A stretch of DNA of 64,000 nucleotides from Pelagomonas calceolata. Lineage: Eukaryota. A model generated the notes under the pieces. It was given only the letters and a program-made list of their open reading frames with translations. It was not told where the DNA came from and ran no database searches. The translations under genes were made by a program, and so were the position numbers. Positions 31,245-41,340 of the stretch are shown in pieces. The DNA is taken from the NCBI GenBank assembly GCA_918797485.1, contig CAKKNE010000001.1:6200001-6264000 (forward strand), read 5' to 3'. The stretch's first letter is position 1. Every line of letters begins with the position of its first letter.

Positions 31245-31317
31245 CTCCTGTCCGCGACCCCGTTCCCCTACCGTGTAAAATAGCTCTACTCCAAAAAATC
31301 CGAAAAACGATTACATA

Positions 31318-31962
31318 TCACAATGCCTGGAGCCGCGCCTTCATCGTGTCCAGGTCGTCGTCGGCTTCCGCGGGCTCCACGGCCTGCTGTTCGGGCAGCG
31401 TCTCCGGCGCGTCGGTCTGGCCCTTGAAGAGGTCGCCGGCCAGCTCCTCGACGACCTTGTTGACCTGCAGCTCGGTCTCCTCCTCGACGTCGTCGCCGTC
31501 GAGCTCGTCGAGCGCGTCGCCGACCACCTCCTCGATCAACCCGCTCCGCTCCATCTCGCGCTGCATCTCCATCATCGTCTTCTGGAGCTCCGGCAGCTTG
31601 ACCAATTTGTTCATGCAGCGCATCACCTCCGTCGACTTCTTCATGCAGCCCGCGGCGCGCACCATGGCCGCCTGCGTCTGGAGCTGCATGTTCACGGAGT
31701 TGATCTGGGCCTTCGCCATGAGCATCCGGTTCCGCGCCGCGCGCGTCCGCACGATCTCGCGCGCGACGATCTTGCACGCGTCCTGGCGGCCTTCCTTCCC
31801 GTATTTCCGGCACTCGTCGCGCGACTTCCGCTCCATCTGCTCGAGCTTCGAGATCTCGCGGTCCATCGCGCGCTGCTCTTTCCTTAATTCGCGGCGCCAT
31901 TTTTTCATCTCCTCCTGCGGGTCCTTGGCCTTCTGCAGGCCTAGACGCTCGAGGAACCTCAT
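31318..31962 (-). CDS. VPS24: ESCRT-III subunit Vps24/CHMP3
   Basis: Snf7-family helical protein: KWRRELRKEQRAMDREI, AQINSVNMQL, MKKSTEVMRCMNKLVKLPEL, MKARLQAL tail. Confidence 0.9.
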   Translation of the reverse strand: MRFLERLGLQKAKDPQEEMKKWRRELRKEQRAMDREISKLEQMERKSRDECRKYGKEGRQDACKIVAREIVRTRAARNRMLMAKAQINSVNMQLQTQAAMVRAAGCMKKSTEVMRCMNKLVKLPELQKTMMEMQREMERSGLIEEVVGDALDELDGDDVEEETELQVNKVVEELAGDLFKGQTDAPETLPEQQAVEPAEADDDLDTMKARLQAL

Positions 31963-32258
31963 GTTGCTTCTTGTTTCGCTGCGTGCGATCGATTTGGGCT
32001 ACCGCGCGGTCGTCCGGAGCCGAAGGCGGCTGTGGAACTTTATTGCTTAGACCTTAGGGATGGTGCTGACTGCTCGTAGCTACCAAAGCGGCCTTTTCTC
32101 GCCTGGATGCGATTGATGGGCTCGCGTGTTGCTCACAGCGTTAGTTTCAGTAAGTATAACGCGCCCAGCAGGACTGCGGCCGATTTTTGTTGTGTTTGCT
32201 AGTGTGTTACAGTCCGCTAGCTACACCGTTTTGCCACGGCTTTTTGATACAGCCCAGC

Positions 32259-32990
32259 ATGCTTCGAGCCTCAGCATTCGTCGTATTTACATGCGCTGCG
32301 TCCCTGAAACCAGCGGTGCGGCGTGGTAGTGCATCCCTGGGCAGCTTGGGTGCAAGCCCAGCTCAGCAGCCGGCCGCTCTAGCGCTACGTCGAGCGCTCG
32401 GCGCCTTCGCCGCGGCGGCGGCACTATCTCAACCATACGCTGCCAGCGCAAAACCGCTCGACGACGTTTTGCAAGCCGCGGCGACGCTCGACGCGTTGTC
32501 GCTGTCCGACAGGGCTTGCGCCCAAACGGTGCTGAGCGGCGCACCGTTCACCGACGCATCCCTGCCGACGAAGGGCGGCAACGTGCCACCGTCAGAAGTT
32601 CCGTTTATTCCCGGACTATACTATCCGAAGTCGCTCTTCGCCGCGAACTACGAGCGACCGCTCCCGACGATCGGCAACGCATTACGGAAGAACATGGACA
32701 ACGCCGGCCGGGAATTGCAATTCGCAAAGCCCAAGGCGACGATGGACGACGACGTGTTCGTCAAACGCGCGAAGACGGAGGCGGCTTTGAGCATGGACTA
32801 TCTGGACTTGCTCCGGAACGAGTGGCTGGACGCGGTCCAGCAGCTCGAGTCGGACCTTGATGATGTAGGATATGATTCCAAAACCGCGGCCGCGGATCTC
32901 GACGTGGCGCGGCGCGGCGCGAAAAAGTGGCTCGAGGCGGCGCGGGCGCCGGCGGCGCCTAGCGTCGGTGCGCTTTGTGCGACGCGGTAG
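32259..32990 (+). CDS. Hypothetical protein, probably plastid/thylakoid-lumen targeted
   Basis: Signal-like N-terminus followed by RR-hydrophobic-AxA (LRRALGAFAAAAALSQPYAASA). Confidence 0.5.
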   Translation: MLRASAFVVFTCAASLKPAVRRGSASLGSLGASPAQQPAALALRRALGAFAAAAALSQPYAASAKPLDDVLQAAATLDALSLSDRACAQTVLSGAPFTDASLPTKGGNVPPSEVPFIPGLYYPKSLFAANYERPLPTIGNALRKNMDNAGRELQFAKPKATMDDDVFVKRAKTEAALSMDYLDLLRNEWLDAVQQLESDLDDVGYDSKTAAADLDVARRGAKKWLEAARAPAAPSVGALCATR

Positions 32991-33455
32991 CTCTCTGGTC
33001 TCTCTGTGATAGATATCTAACTTGTTGTGCCTCGAAGTCACTTGTCTCCTCTTTCTATTTTCGTGCGGGTTTACATAAACCCGCACACTGAAAGCTCGCG
33101 CGGAACGAGTGCTACGAGACGAGCGGGGAGACCTGTACGGAGAGATCGCAACCCGGCGCTACCGTACAAAAAGCCTCTAGCCTCCTCCTCTGCGCCCTAA
33201 ATCCCGCCGCCTTACACGCACTTGCGAAGCCGCACTCACCCTTTCGTGGGCCTGAGGTGCTTCTCGCAACCACTCGCCTTGATACAAGCGGCAGCGATTC
33301 ACCGCGCCGCCCTATAGCGAGCTCAGCAGCTTTCCGGTGACCCGCGCGCCGTGAGCCCGCGCGGCGCGATACTGCCGTAGAGTACCCGTTGAGCAGAACA
33401 GCTTTCCGACCACTCGTTGAGCCAGCAGCTTTCCGGTCTAGACCGCCTAAGCACC

Positions 33456-34097
33456 ATGACGCAAGCCGACGGCATGGCCGCGATGACCAAGATCATCAAC
33501 ACGCTCATGCAGAGGCCGGACAGCGTGCCCTTCCGCGAGCCCGTGGACTGGCGGGGCCTGGGCCTTTATGATTATCCCCAAGTCATCGCGAAGCCCATGG
33601 ACCTGACGACGGTCAAGCAGACGATCGAGCGCCAGGGCTACAAGAGCGTGAACGACTGCGCGGACGACATCCGACTGATCTGGAACAACTGCAAGAAGTA
33701 CAACCAGGACGGTTCTGATTTCTACAACCTCGCCGACGGCTTCTCGAAGCGATTCGAGGAGCGCTTCTCGAAGGTCAAGGCCGAGAACCCGGCCCTGGAC
33801 GAGGAGGAGCTGACCCACGCCCCTGATTTGGAAGAGAAGACGCGCTTCAGCCACAACATCTACCGCATCAAGCAGGAGGAGTTGGGCGTGTTGGTGGAGA
33901 AGCTCGACGCGAAGTGCCCCGACGCGATCGACAAGAGCACGTCCGACGACGAGATCGAGATCAACATCGACCAGATCGACCCGCGCACCTTCCACGACTT
34001 AGATAGATACGTGCGCCAGTGCCTCTCGCAGTCGAACCCGAAGAAGAAGAAGGCCGCGGGCGGCGCCGAGCCCAAGGCGAAGAAGCAGAAGGCCTAG
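33456..34097 (+). CDS. Single-bromodomain plus ET (NET) domain protein, BET/GTE-like
   Basis: PFREPVDW..LGLYDY..VIAKPMDL..IWNNCKKYN; ET domain with EEK..., DEIEINIDQID. Confidence 0.92.
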   Translation: MTQADGMAAMTKIINTLMQRPDSVPFREPVDWRGLGLYDYPQVIAKPMDLTTVKQTIERQGYKSVNDCADDIRLIWNNCKKYNQDGSDFYNLADGFSKRFEERFSKVKAENPALDEEELTHAPDLEEKTRFSHNIYRIKQEELGVLVEKLDAKCPDAIDKSTSDDEIEINIDQIDPRTFHDLDRYVRQCLSQSNPKKKKAAGGAEPKAKKQKA

Positions 34098-34482
34098 GGT
34101 CGTCTTCACTAGGGCGTAACGTCCGGGACCAACGAGTCGTCGTCGCGTCGCCTCGATGGCGTGGGGGCTGACACTCCACGTCTGGGGCCTTCCCGCGTCG
34201 TTGCGCCTGTCGTCACCGCACCCACGTCTGCTCGACGGCGTCTCGAGTACGCCTATAGATCCCTCCCCCGCGCGACGCGAGCTCGTACGCCGAATTTTCG
34301 GACGGGGTTCAAAGCGGCAGCATGGAGGCGCACGGGAGTGCGCTGAGGAACCAAATTCCCTGCCACCAAAGCGTTGCCCGGGTAGCGCGTGGAACCCTGC
34401 CCCCGGCGCGAAGCGTCCTGCAGAAGGCGGGGCTGCCCCAAACCACCCCAGCACCATTGCTCTCTTCCGGGCCGCCAGGAAG

Positions 34483-35658
34483 ATGAGCAGCCAGCCCGGC
34501 GAGGCGACGACCTTCGCGGAGCTCGTGGTCATCCACGCCAGCGACCACGGCGCGGCCACGGGCAGCGCCGACGCGCGCGGCTGGCGGCCGGCCATGGAGG
34601 ACGCCGTCGTCGTCTCCCGCGACGCGGTGCCCGGCGCCGTGACGCTGGCCGTTTTTGATGGGCACGGCGGCGTCGACGTCGCGAAAGCCGGCGCCGCGGC
34701 GCTCGGGCCGAAGCTCAAGGAATTGTCAAAGAGCCTGCCGCCCTCGGAGTACCTGGCCTCGGTCTTTCCTTTAATTGACTTCGCCATCAAGGAAAAGGAC
34801 GGCGCGAAGTTCGAGGCCATGGGGTCGACGGCCGTCTGCGTCGTCGTCACGGCCGACGAGATCGCCTGCGGCTGGCTCGGCGACTCGAAGGCGCTGCTGG
34901 GCACGGCCCAGAGCGTCGAGGCGCTGAGCACGGACCACAAGCCCACGGACGCCGGCGAGAAGGCGCGCATCGCCGCCGCGGACGGCCACGTGCTGCGCGG
35001 CCGCGTCAACGGCGTGCTCGCCGTCTCGCGGGCGCTCGGCGACTACCTCTACAAGCAGAAGGCCGGCGCGCCGCCCGAGGGGCAGCTCGTGAGCTGCGCG
35101 CCGGACGTGACGACGCGGAAGCGCGATCCCGGCGGCGACGATTTCCTGGTGTTGGCCTGCGACGGCCTCTGGGAGAAGATGACAATCGAGCAGGCAAGGG
35201 CACTGGTGCGGTGTGCCTGGCAGATGGGGTACAAGGGGCCGTCCGACTTGGCGAAGCGCCTCGTGGAGTACGCGCTCATGGCCGGGAGCACGGACAACAT
35301 CACGTGCGTCGTCCACGTCCTCGACTCGAAGCGGCTCGATCTGCTCTCGGAGGCGGACGCTCGGGCGGGCTGCGAGGCTGCTGAAATATGCTATCCCGCG
35401 TGCTGTTGCGTCCGCGCCGTGCTGCCCCTGCGGCGGCGGGACGTGCAACAGTACGACGATGGGCGCATGGCATCTCTATTGGATGCGGTGGGCTTGGGCC
35501 GCCACGCGCCCGCCTTCGCCGCGCAGCAGGTGAACGGCGAATGCTTCGTCGAGGTCGTCGAGCGCGAGTTCGTCGAGGACCTGGACATGCCCGCCGGCGA
35601 CGCGGCCTTCCTCGCGCTCTGCAACGAGTGGTGGGAGCGCACGGCCGCCTGGCCCTGA
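34483..35658 (+). CDS. Protein phosphatase 2C with a C-terminal SAM-like domain
   Basis: GWRPAMEDA, VFDGHGG, GSTA, LGDS, DHKP, LAVSRALGD, LACDGLW, STDNIT; tail LDAVGLGRHAPAFAAQQVNG. Confidence 0.88.
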   Translation: MSSQPGEATTFAELVVIHASDHGAATGSADARGWRPAMEDAVVVSRDAVPGAVTLAVFDGHGGVDVAKAGAAALGPKLKELSKSLPPSEYLASVFPLIDFAIKEKDGAKFEAMGSTAVCVVVTADEIACGWLGDSKALLGTAQSVEALSTDHKPTDAGEKARIAAADGHVLRGRVNGVLAVSRALGDYLYKQKAGAPPEGQLVSCAPDVTTRKRDPGGDDFLVLACDGLWEKMTIEQARALVRCAWQMGYKGPSDLAKRLVEYALMAGSTDNITCVVHVLDSKRLDLLSEADARAGCEAAEICYPACCCVRAVLPLRRRDVQQYDDGRMASLLDAVGLGRHAPAFAAQQVNGECFVEVVEREFVEDLDMPAGDAAFLALCNEWWERTAAWP

Positions 35659-35716
35659 GGACCTCTGTGTCCGAGAAACCTTCCCCCATCTTTGCCTTCT
35701 CGCGTAAAACACATGA

Positions 35717-37573
35717 CTAGTTACTGGAAGACACCTCCCGCAGCGCGGCGGCGGCGGCCTCGTTCGGCGGCAGGCCGGCCGCGACGTGGCGCTTGAAGGC
35801 TGCTGCGACGCGCGCTTGCTGGTCCGAGGCCGCGGTGCGCGGCGCGGAAGGCGTCGAGGCCGCCTCGCGCGGCGCGAACGGCGCCGGGCGCGGCGGCGGC
35901 GGCTGGGCCTCGCGCGCGTCCGAGAGCGCGTTGACGACGCGCAGGAGCCGCCCGTTGTACTTGTCGAGCAGCGACACGGACAGCGCGGCGTCATCCCCAA
36001 AGCCCATCTGGGCGAGCTCGGCGAGCTGCGACGAGTAGCGCTGCGCCGCGTGCGCCGCGAGCTGGTTCGAGAGGCCCCTCCCTACAAGATCGCGGAATAA
36101 CGCGGCCTTCTCGGCTCCATCTAAATCGCGGCGCTCAGCCTCGATCTTCGTGGCCTCGTCGAGCTCCATCGCGCCGTCGTCATTACGGGCGTTGCGCTCG
36201 CGCGCCGCCTCGGCGTCCGCGAAGGCGGCGGCCCGCGCCCAGACGTCCTCCGTGCTATGTTGCTTTGGCGACTCCGGGTCCTCATTGGCATCATCGATCG
36301 CGAGCGGCTCGACCAACAGAGCGACGGCGCCGCCCCGCGCGTCGACGAGGCCCGTGTCCTCGAGAGAACCCGCCAGCGCATCTCTCGAAAGAGCCAGCCG
36401 CGGGTAGCTGCTCACGAGGCGCCAGTCACGCGCGTCGAGCGGGAACTTGGCCGCGTCGTCGGCCTCGGCGTCGACGAGCCACTTTAAGACGTCGGCACTT
36501 TCATTGGTTTTGGCCGTGGCCTCGCTCCGCGAGCCGTCCCGGAAGCGCAGCCGCACGCGCACGGGCGCGCCGTCCGCGGGTATCTCCCTCGATTCCAGGG
36601 CCGCGCGCGCCGCGGCCGCGCGCCGGCGCCTCTCTTCAATCAACCGCTGCTCCCTTTCAGATTGCGCCTGCGCCTTCCTTAGTCTTTCCTCGACGACCAT
36701 CGGCGGGAGCACGTCGACGCTTAAATCCGTCGACAGGACGCACAACGCCCGCTCCGGCCGCAAGGCCGCGACCACGAGCCGCACGGTCCGGTCGTCGTGG
36801 CTCACGGCGATCCAGTCCCCGAGCGTCAGGCAGCAGTGCCGGCCCCGCCCCAGCTCCTTCGTGAGGACGGCCCCTAAGTCGACGGCCGCCTCGTCGGCGC
36901 CGCCGTGATGAAAACCCTCGGCGACGGGCCGCAGCGCGCAGGAGCTCTCCTTCGGCGTCGGGAGCCGCACGGCGCGGCATCTCACTCGCAATTCGCCCTT
37001 GGCGAGCCGCTCCGCGACCTCGGGCACGCCCCGCACCAGACTGAGCATGGTCTTAGGCGGCACGCCGACGTGGCCGTCGGGCGCCGCGAAATCTAGGACG
37101 CCCGCGTGCGTCGCCGTCGCCGAGACGCGCAGCTCATCCTCCCGGGCCTCCTCCGGGAGCAAAAAGCGCGGGTCCGTCGGCACGCCCCTGACGACATCGT
37201 CGGCGTCGACCAGCTCGAGCTCGAGCGTCAGCGCCGTCGCGTCCTGGAGCAGGCCGGCGCTCGTGAGCTCGCTGAGCGAACTGTCCGGCAGGCGCACGCG
37301 GTCGCCGTCGCGCGGCTCGGCCACGCAGCGGTAGGTCCGGCGCCACGTCAGGCCGCCCGTCAAGCGCGCGTCTTCGCGCTGGGCCTCCGCGCGCCGCTCC
37401 TCCTCTTGCTCTCGCTCGGCGCGGCGCTTCGCCAGCGCCTCGCGCTGCGCGGCTTGCTGGTCAGCGTAGCGTTGGGCGGCGGCGGCCTCCTGCTCCTGCT
37501 CGCGCTTTTTCGCGGCGATCCTTGCTTGGCGCTCCCTTTCTAGCTTCCTCTCTCGCGCTGAGAAGTCGTCCAT
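35717..37573 (-). CDS. UFD1-like + UBX-like + UBA-like multidomain protein (putative Cdc48/p97 cofactor)
   Basis: GDRVRLPDSSL..THAGVLDFAAPDG (UFD1), VRLRFRDGSR..LVSSYPR (UBX), QLAELAQMGFGD..LLDKYNG (UBA). Confidence 0.75.
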   Translation of the reverse strand: MDDFSARERKLERERQARIAAKKREQEQEAAAAQRYADQQAAQREALAKRRAEREQEEERRAEAQREDARLTGGLTWRRTYRCVAEPRDGDRVRLPDSSLSELTSAGLLQDATALTLELELVDADDVVRGVPTDPRFLLPEEAREDELRVSATATHAGVLDFAAPDGHVGVPPKTMLSLVRGVPEVAERLAKGELRVRCRAVRLPTPKESSCALRPVAEGFHHGGADEAAVDLGAVLTKELGRGRHCCLTLGDWIAVSHDDRTVRLVVAALRPERALCVLSTDLSVDVLPPMVVEERLRKAQAQSEREQRLIEERRRRAAAARAALESREIPADGAPVRVRLRFRDGSRSEATAKTNESADVLKWLVDAEADDAAKFPLDARDWRLVSSYPRLALSRDALAGSLEDTGLVDARGGAVALLVEPLAIDDANEDPESPKQHSTEDVWARAAAFADAEAARERNARNDDGAMELDEATKIEAERRDLDGAEKAALFRDLVGRGLSNQLAAHAAQRYSSQLAELAQMGFGDDAALSVSLLDKYNGRLLRVVNALSDAREAQPPPPRPAPFAPREAASTPSAPRTAASDQQARVAAAFKRHVAAGLPPNEAAAAALREVSSSN

Positions 37574-37804
37574 TTTGTAAACTGGTTGTACGGTGTCTCT
37601 TTAAGGCCGGTCTTCGATTGTGCGACGCCGCGGCACCTCTTTTGGAGAGATGCGGACGCGCGTTACGTCAGTAGAGCTCCACGCGGCCCGTGAGCGGCCG
37701 TGGAGTACGAGCGGCCTCGTCAAAGCTAGTGTGTCTAAGCGACGCTAGCCCCTGCTGCCCCGCAGGCCGGCCAGCCATCGTGGCGCATCAGTGCCTTTCA
37801 GTTG

Positions 37805-37975
37805 ATGCAACAGCACCTAGCGAAGTTGGCGTTCGCGGCATCGCTGTCGCTCGCCGGCGCGGCCATCTACTACAGCCACTGGGCCCAAGTCGAGGACAAG
37901 CGCCTGATGCACCAGGCCGTCATCCGGGATAAAGCAAGGCTCAAGCAGCTCAAGCGCCAGCAGCAAGAGAAATGA
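37805..37975 (+). CDS. PET117: Cytochrome c oxidase assembly factor PET117 (56 aa, absent from the ORF track)
   Basis: Manual translation MQQHLAKLAFAASLSLAGAAIYYSHWAQVEDKRLMHQAVIRDKARLKQLKRQQQEK*: a TM helix followed by the H..Q..D...M...V.RD..R PET117 pattern. Confidence 0.8.
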   Translation: MQQHLAKLAFAASLSLAGAAIYYSHWAQVEDKRLMHQAVIRDKARLKQLKRQQQEK

Positions 37976-38394
37976 GTAGAACGCTCGACGCCGGCGAGGA
38001 CCGGCTGATCGTGGACGCGTTCGACCGCGCGTGCGCCGCGTACCCGCGCGCGTACGGCGGCGACGCGATCGTCGACGGCGTCGCCGCGGGCTCGGACGAC
38101 AGCGACGACGCGCTGCTGGGCGGCGCCGCGGCGGCCGAGCCACCTGCGGCGGCGCTGGCGATGCCGCCGGCAGAGGGCTTCGTGCCGCCGGCGGCTGCGC
38201 CGGCGGCCGCGCCTCCGCCGGCGGCCGCGGCGGCGCCGCCAACGCCCGCAGACGCCGCGACGCCCGTCGGGCTGCCGACGCCGCCGCTGGGCGACACGTA
38301 CGGCGACCTCCTGCGCTCGTGGTACTACGCGGGGTACTACTCCGGCCTGCACGAGGCGCGGCAACGCGCTGCTGCGGCGGCGCGTTCCGATTGA
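37972..38394 (+). CDS. SMN: Survival motor neuron (SMN)-like protein without Tudor domain
   Basis: N-terminal EDRLIVDAFDRA (Gemin2-binding-like), Pro-rich linker, YG-box LLRSWYYAGYYSGL. Confidence 0.8.
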   Translation: MSRTLDAGEDRLIVDAFDRACAAYPRAYGGDAIVDGVAAGSDDSDDALLGGAAAAEPPAAALAMPPAEGFVPPAAAPAAAPPPAAAAAPPTPADAATPVGLPTPPLGDTYGDLLRSWYYAGYYSGLHEARQRAAAAARSD

Positions 38395-38861
38395 TACATG
38401 TAATACTGTCAACTACCCTATTTTTGTAGTCAATTACTTCTATCAATTACTAGCTTCCGAGCTCCCAGAAACCCGCACGCAACGGACCCGTGCGAGCTGC
38501 CCCTCTGGACCCTGGAGCGGGTCGAAGCGCGCCTCCGGACCCCTCGAACGGCTGGCGCAGGACGAGACGGGCTCCTCATCGATAGGCAGCTTAGCGCCGC
38601 CGCCGTAAAAGTGGGGGGACGAGGCCTAAGCACTAAGCACGCGCGCGGGCAAGCCAGGCAGTTCACGCCACGTCCGCGGGCAGCAGCGGCGTCCAGCGGC
38701 AGGCTCTCGCAGCCCACACGGGCTAGCTTGCAAGGGCAGCCACCAAAGAGAGAGTACTTAAGCGGTCACGAACGCTAGACTAACCCTTGCGTCGGCGAAG
38801 CTGCGTACGCGGAGAAACGCTCAAAGGGGAACACCCTAAGAACGCCACCAAAAGGACCACG

Positions 38862-41128
38862 ATGGAGGAGATCGACGACATCGTGACGGACATCGCCCAG
38901 GGCTGCGCCGGCAAGGGCCAGCGCGTGCCCAAGGTCTTGGCTGCCTTCATCGCGCGGACAATCCTCGAGTCGGACCCCGTGCTCTTCTCGCCCGAGAAGG
39001 AGTTGAGTAATGAGGGCATCGAGACGCTGGTGCGCATGGGCATCGCGCGGTGCTGCCAGAAGGACGACCCTGCCCTAGAAACGATCAAGATGCAGGTCAC
39101 TTTTGATTCGACCTATGTAAGGTACTGTGTGCAAATCAACCGTGTGTCGGTGCCGGGTGCACGATAATTCTTCACTAAGTCATTCCTCGGCGATGACGCG
39201 GCCGTCCTGGCTCGGTCGAGCGGCGAGGAACCGGCATTGCCACGCCATCGAGCAGGCGTCGCGTCGATGGCGTGGAGGACGACGCGGCGATTCAGCACGA
39301 ATGCGCCGTAAAATCTTTGATTTCCACACAGGTAAGGTACGAGGAGGAGCTCGCGCAGTCGAACGAAGCTCGCGCCAATAAGACCAAGGACCTCATAAGG
39401 AGCATCATCGGAGTACGACCGAAAGGCGGCACGGACTTCGAGACGCTGACGGCGCTATACAGGCAAATCTTTTCGTACCTCCAATTCGTAAGTCGGGGCC
39501 AGGGCGGCTTAGATGGGAAAGGTTTGTCTCAGGCGGACCCGGCGGCCGTGGAACGCGCCGTGGAGCGCGAGCTCGCCGCTGCCTTAGAAAGCGTCTTCCC
39601 GCGGATTGGTCTGAAGTCTTTCGTGCTGTTGGGCGCCGAGGAGAAGCGGCTCCAGTTGGAAGAGTTGGCGCGCATAGTCACGGGCATCCGCCTGTTTAAC
39701 CGGGAGCAGGGCAAGGGCGGCGCCGGGCTAGATCACGTCGAGGACGCCGTCGCCACCACCGTCTCTGACTTGAGGGAGGCCCTCGACGCCGAGGTCGCCG
39801 AGCAGCACGAGGTCTGCACGCGCTACCAAGAAACATTAGTGTACTGCCACCTGCGCAAGCCCGACGAGGCGACGGCCGAGAATTTGGAGAGATGGGCGCA
39901 GGAACTGGCCAACCGAAGGCAGTACTGCGCGTATTTAGCGTCTTTGGCAGAAGACGCGGCGGCGAGCGCGCGGCGCGTGGCGGCGCAGCGCGACGCCTTC
40001 GCGTCGGAGATGGATGAATTGCAGGGCATGGTCGGCGGGCGCGCGGCGGTGCCCAAGGAGCACGTCTATCCCAAGTTTGATGCGGTCGCCGCGGCCTGGT
40101 TCGCGCTCGACGAAGAATTGCGAGTCGTCGAGTCGCGGGTCGCCGTGCTCGAGGAGCTGCACGCGTTCCGCGAGTCGTACGCGGCGACGCTCGGGCCGCA
40201 TTCTGCAGTGTCGCGGCAGGCAAGGTTAGAAGGCCCGCCGATCCAGGACGAGGCGGCGCCGTCGCCCGACAAGCCCGAGGACAAGCCCGAGGAGGACCCT
40301 GAGGACTTCGACGACCTGCCCCAGGGCGACGAGGGCGGGCCCGTGCGGCTGTCCGTCGAGACGACGCCCGAGTTCATGCAGCTGCCGCTCGAGTATCAAG
40401 GTTTCTGTGGCTGGACATGCGCAAACAAAGGGGGCCTGCTGCTGCCGGGCAAGCCCGGGCTGGGCGTCGTGCGGTACCGCGGCGCGCACTACGTCTTCGC
40501 GTCGGCCGAGGCGCTGCGGGACTTCTTCAAGGACCCCGAGGGCGCGCGACAGGGTGTGGTTGCTGCGGCTACCAAACGGCCCGAGTTGGTCCATTTGCTG
40601 CGGTTGCAGGACCAGTACCCGGGGACCAGCATCGCGAAGATCCTCGCGGCCGCCGCGTCGAAGCGGGCGGCGTCGCGCGGCGGCGTCGAGGGGCAGCGCA
40701 CGGCGCAGGGCGGCGCCGCCGCGGCGCTGCTGGCGCCGCCGGTGATGAAGGACGCCGCCTGCGAGACGCCGCTCCACTTTGTGGAGAAGAACATGGACCC
40801 CTCCTACGAGTTCAACGAGTGGGCGCTGCGGCGGCGAGCCCTGCGGCTCGCCGCGCTCAAAAAGTCGGCGACGACGTCTTGCCAAACGGACGCGTCCTCC
40901 TACCGCCGGGACAACGCGTCCCAGGTCTTCCTGCCGAAGATATCCTCGACGCAGACGCGAAAAGAATCCGGGACGCAGCCGCCCTTACGTATTCAATACC
41001 TCCAGGGCATCCGCGGCGGCGCGAACAAGCATTTGGCGGAGGTCTCAAAGGTGCCACCCCTGCCCGTCGGCCGCGTGGAGCTCTTCTACGAACACCCGTT
41101 CCGGGGGAGCGAGGACCAGGCGCACTAG
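38862..41128 (+). CDS. CFAP206: Cilia- and flagella-associated protein 206; introner intron at 39117-39331
   Basis: The spliced junction FDSTY|VRYEEE joins two ORFs; AALESVFP, LEYQGFC, GLLLPG, ETPLHF, YEFNEWALRR motifs. Confidence 0.88.
39117..39331 (+). mobile_element. Introner element, 215-nt GT-AG intron with a perfect 8-bp TSD
   Basis: TSD gtaaggta at 39117-39124 and 39332-39339; TIRs ctgtgtgcaaatca / tgatttccacacag; hairpin at 39241-39274. Confidence 0.95.
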
Positions 41129-41340
41129 CGGTAACTTACTGCATTTCTATTGTTACGGTGCTAGGACTAGTTGGCGGAGCCCCCGGGGGGGGGAGACACC
41201 GCCGATTCATTAATTACTGCATCATAATAGTAGAAAAATCGAAAGATTAAACGGCGCCGCGGCCGTTTCCGACAAGTTTTCCGACGAGCCGCTGGGGTTA
41301 AACTCCGGTGGGAGTCCCGCGGCTGCGCTCCGCGAGCGCT

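Noticed and set aside
34156..34482. N-terminal extension of the PP2C ORF
   Set aside because: It runs through repeat-like/UTR sequence with non-coding character; the ATG at 34483 lies just upstream of the PP2C motifs
41130..41300. G/C run and short hairpin (aaacggcgccgcggccgttt) between convergent genes, as a terminator or ncRNA
   Set aside because: Eukaryotic context with no recognisable RNA family; short GC palindromes are expected by chance here
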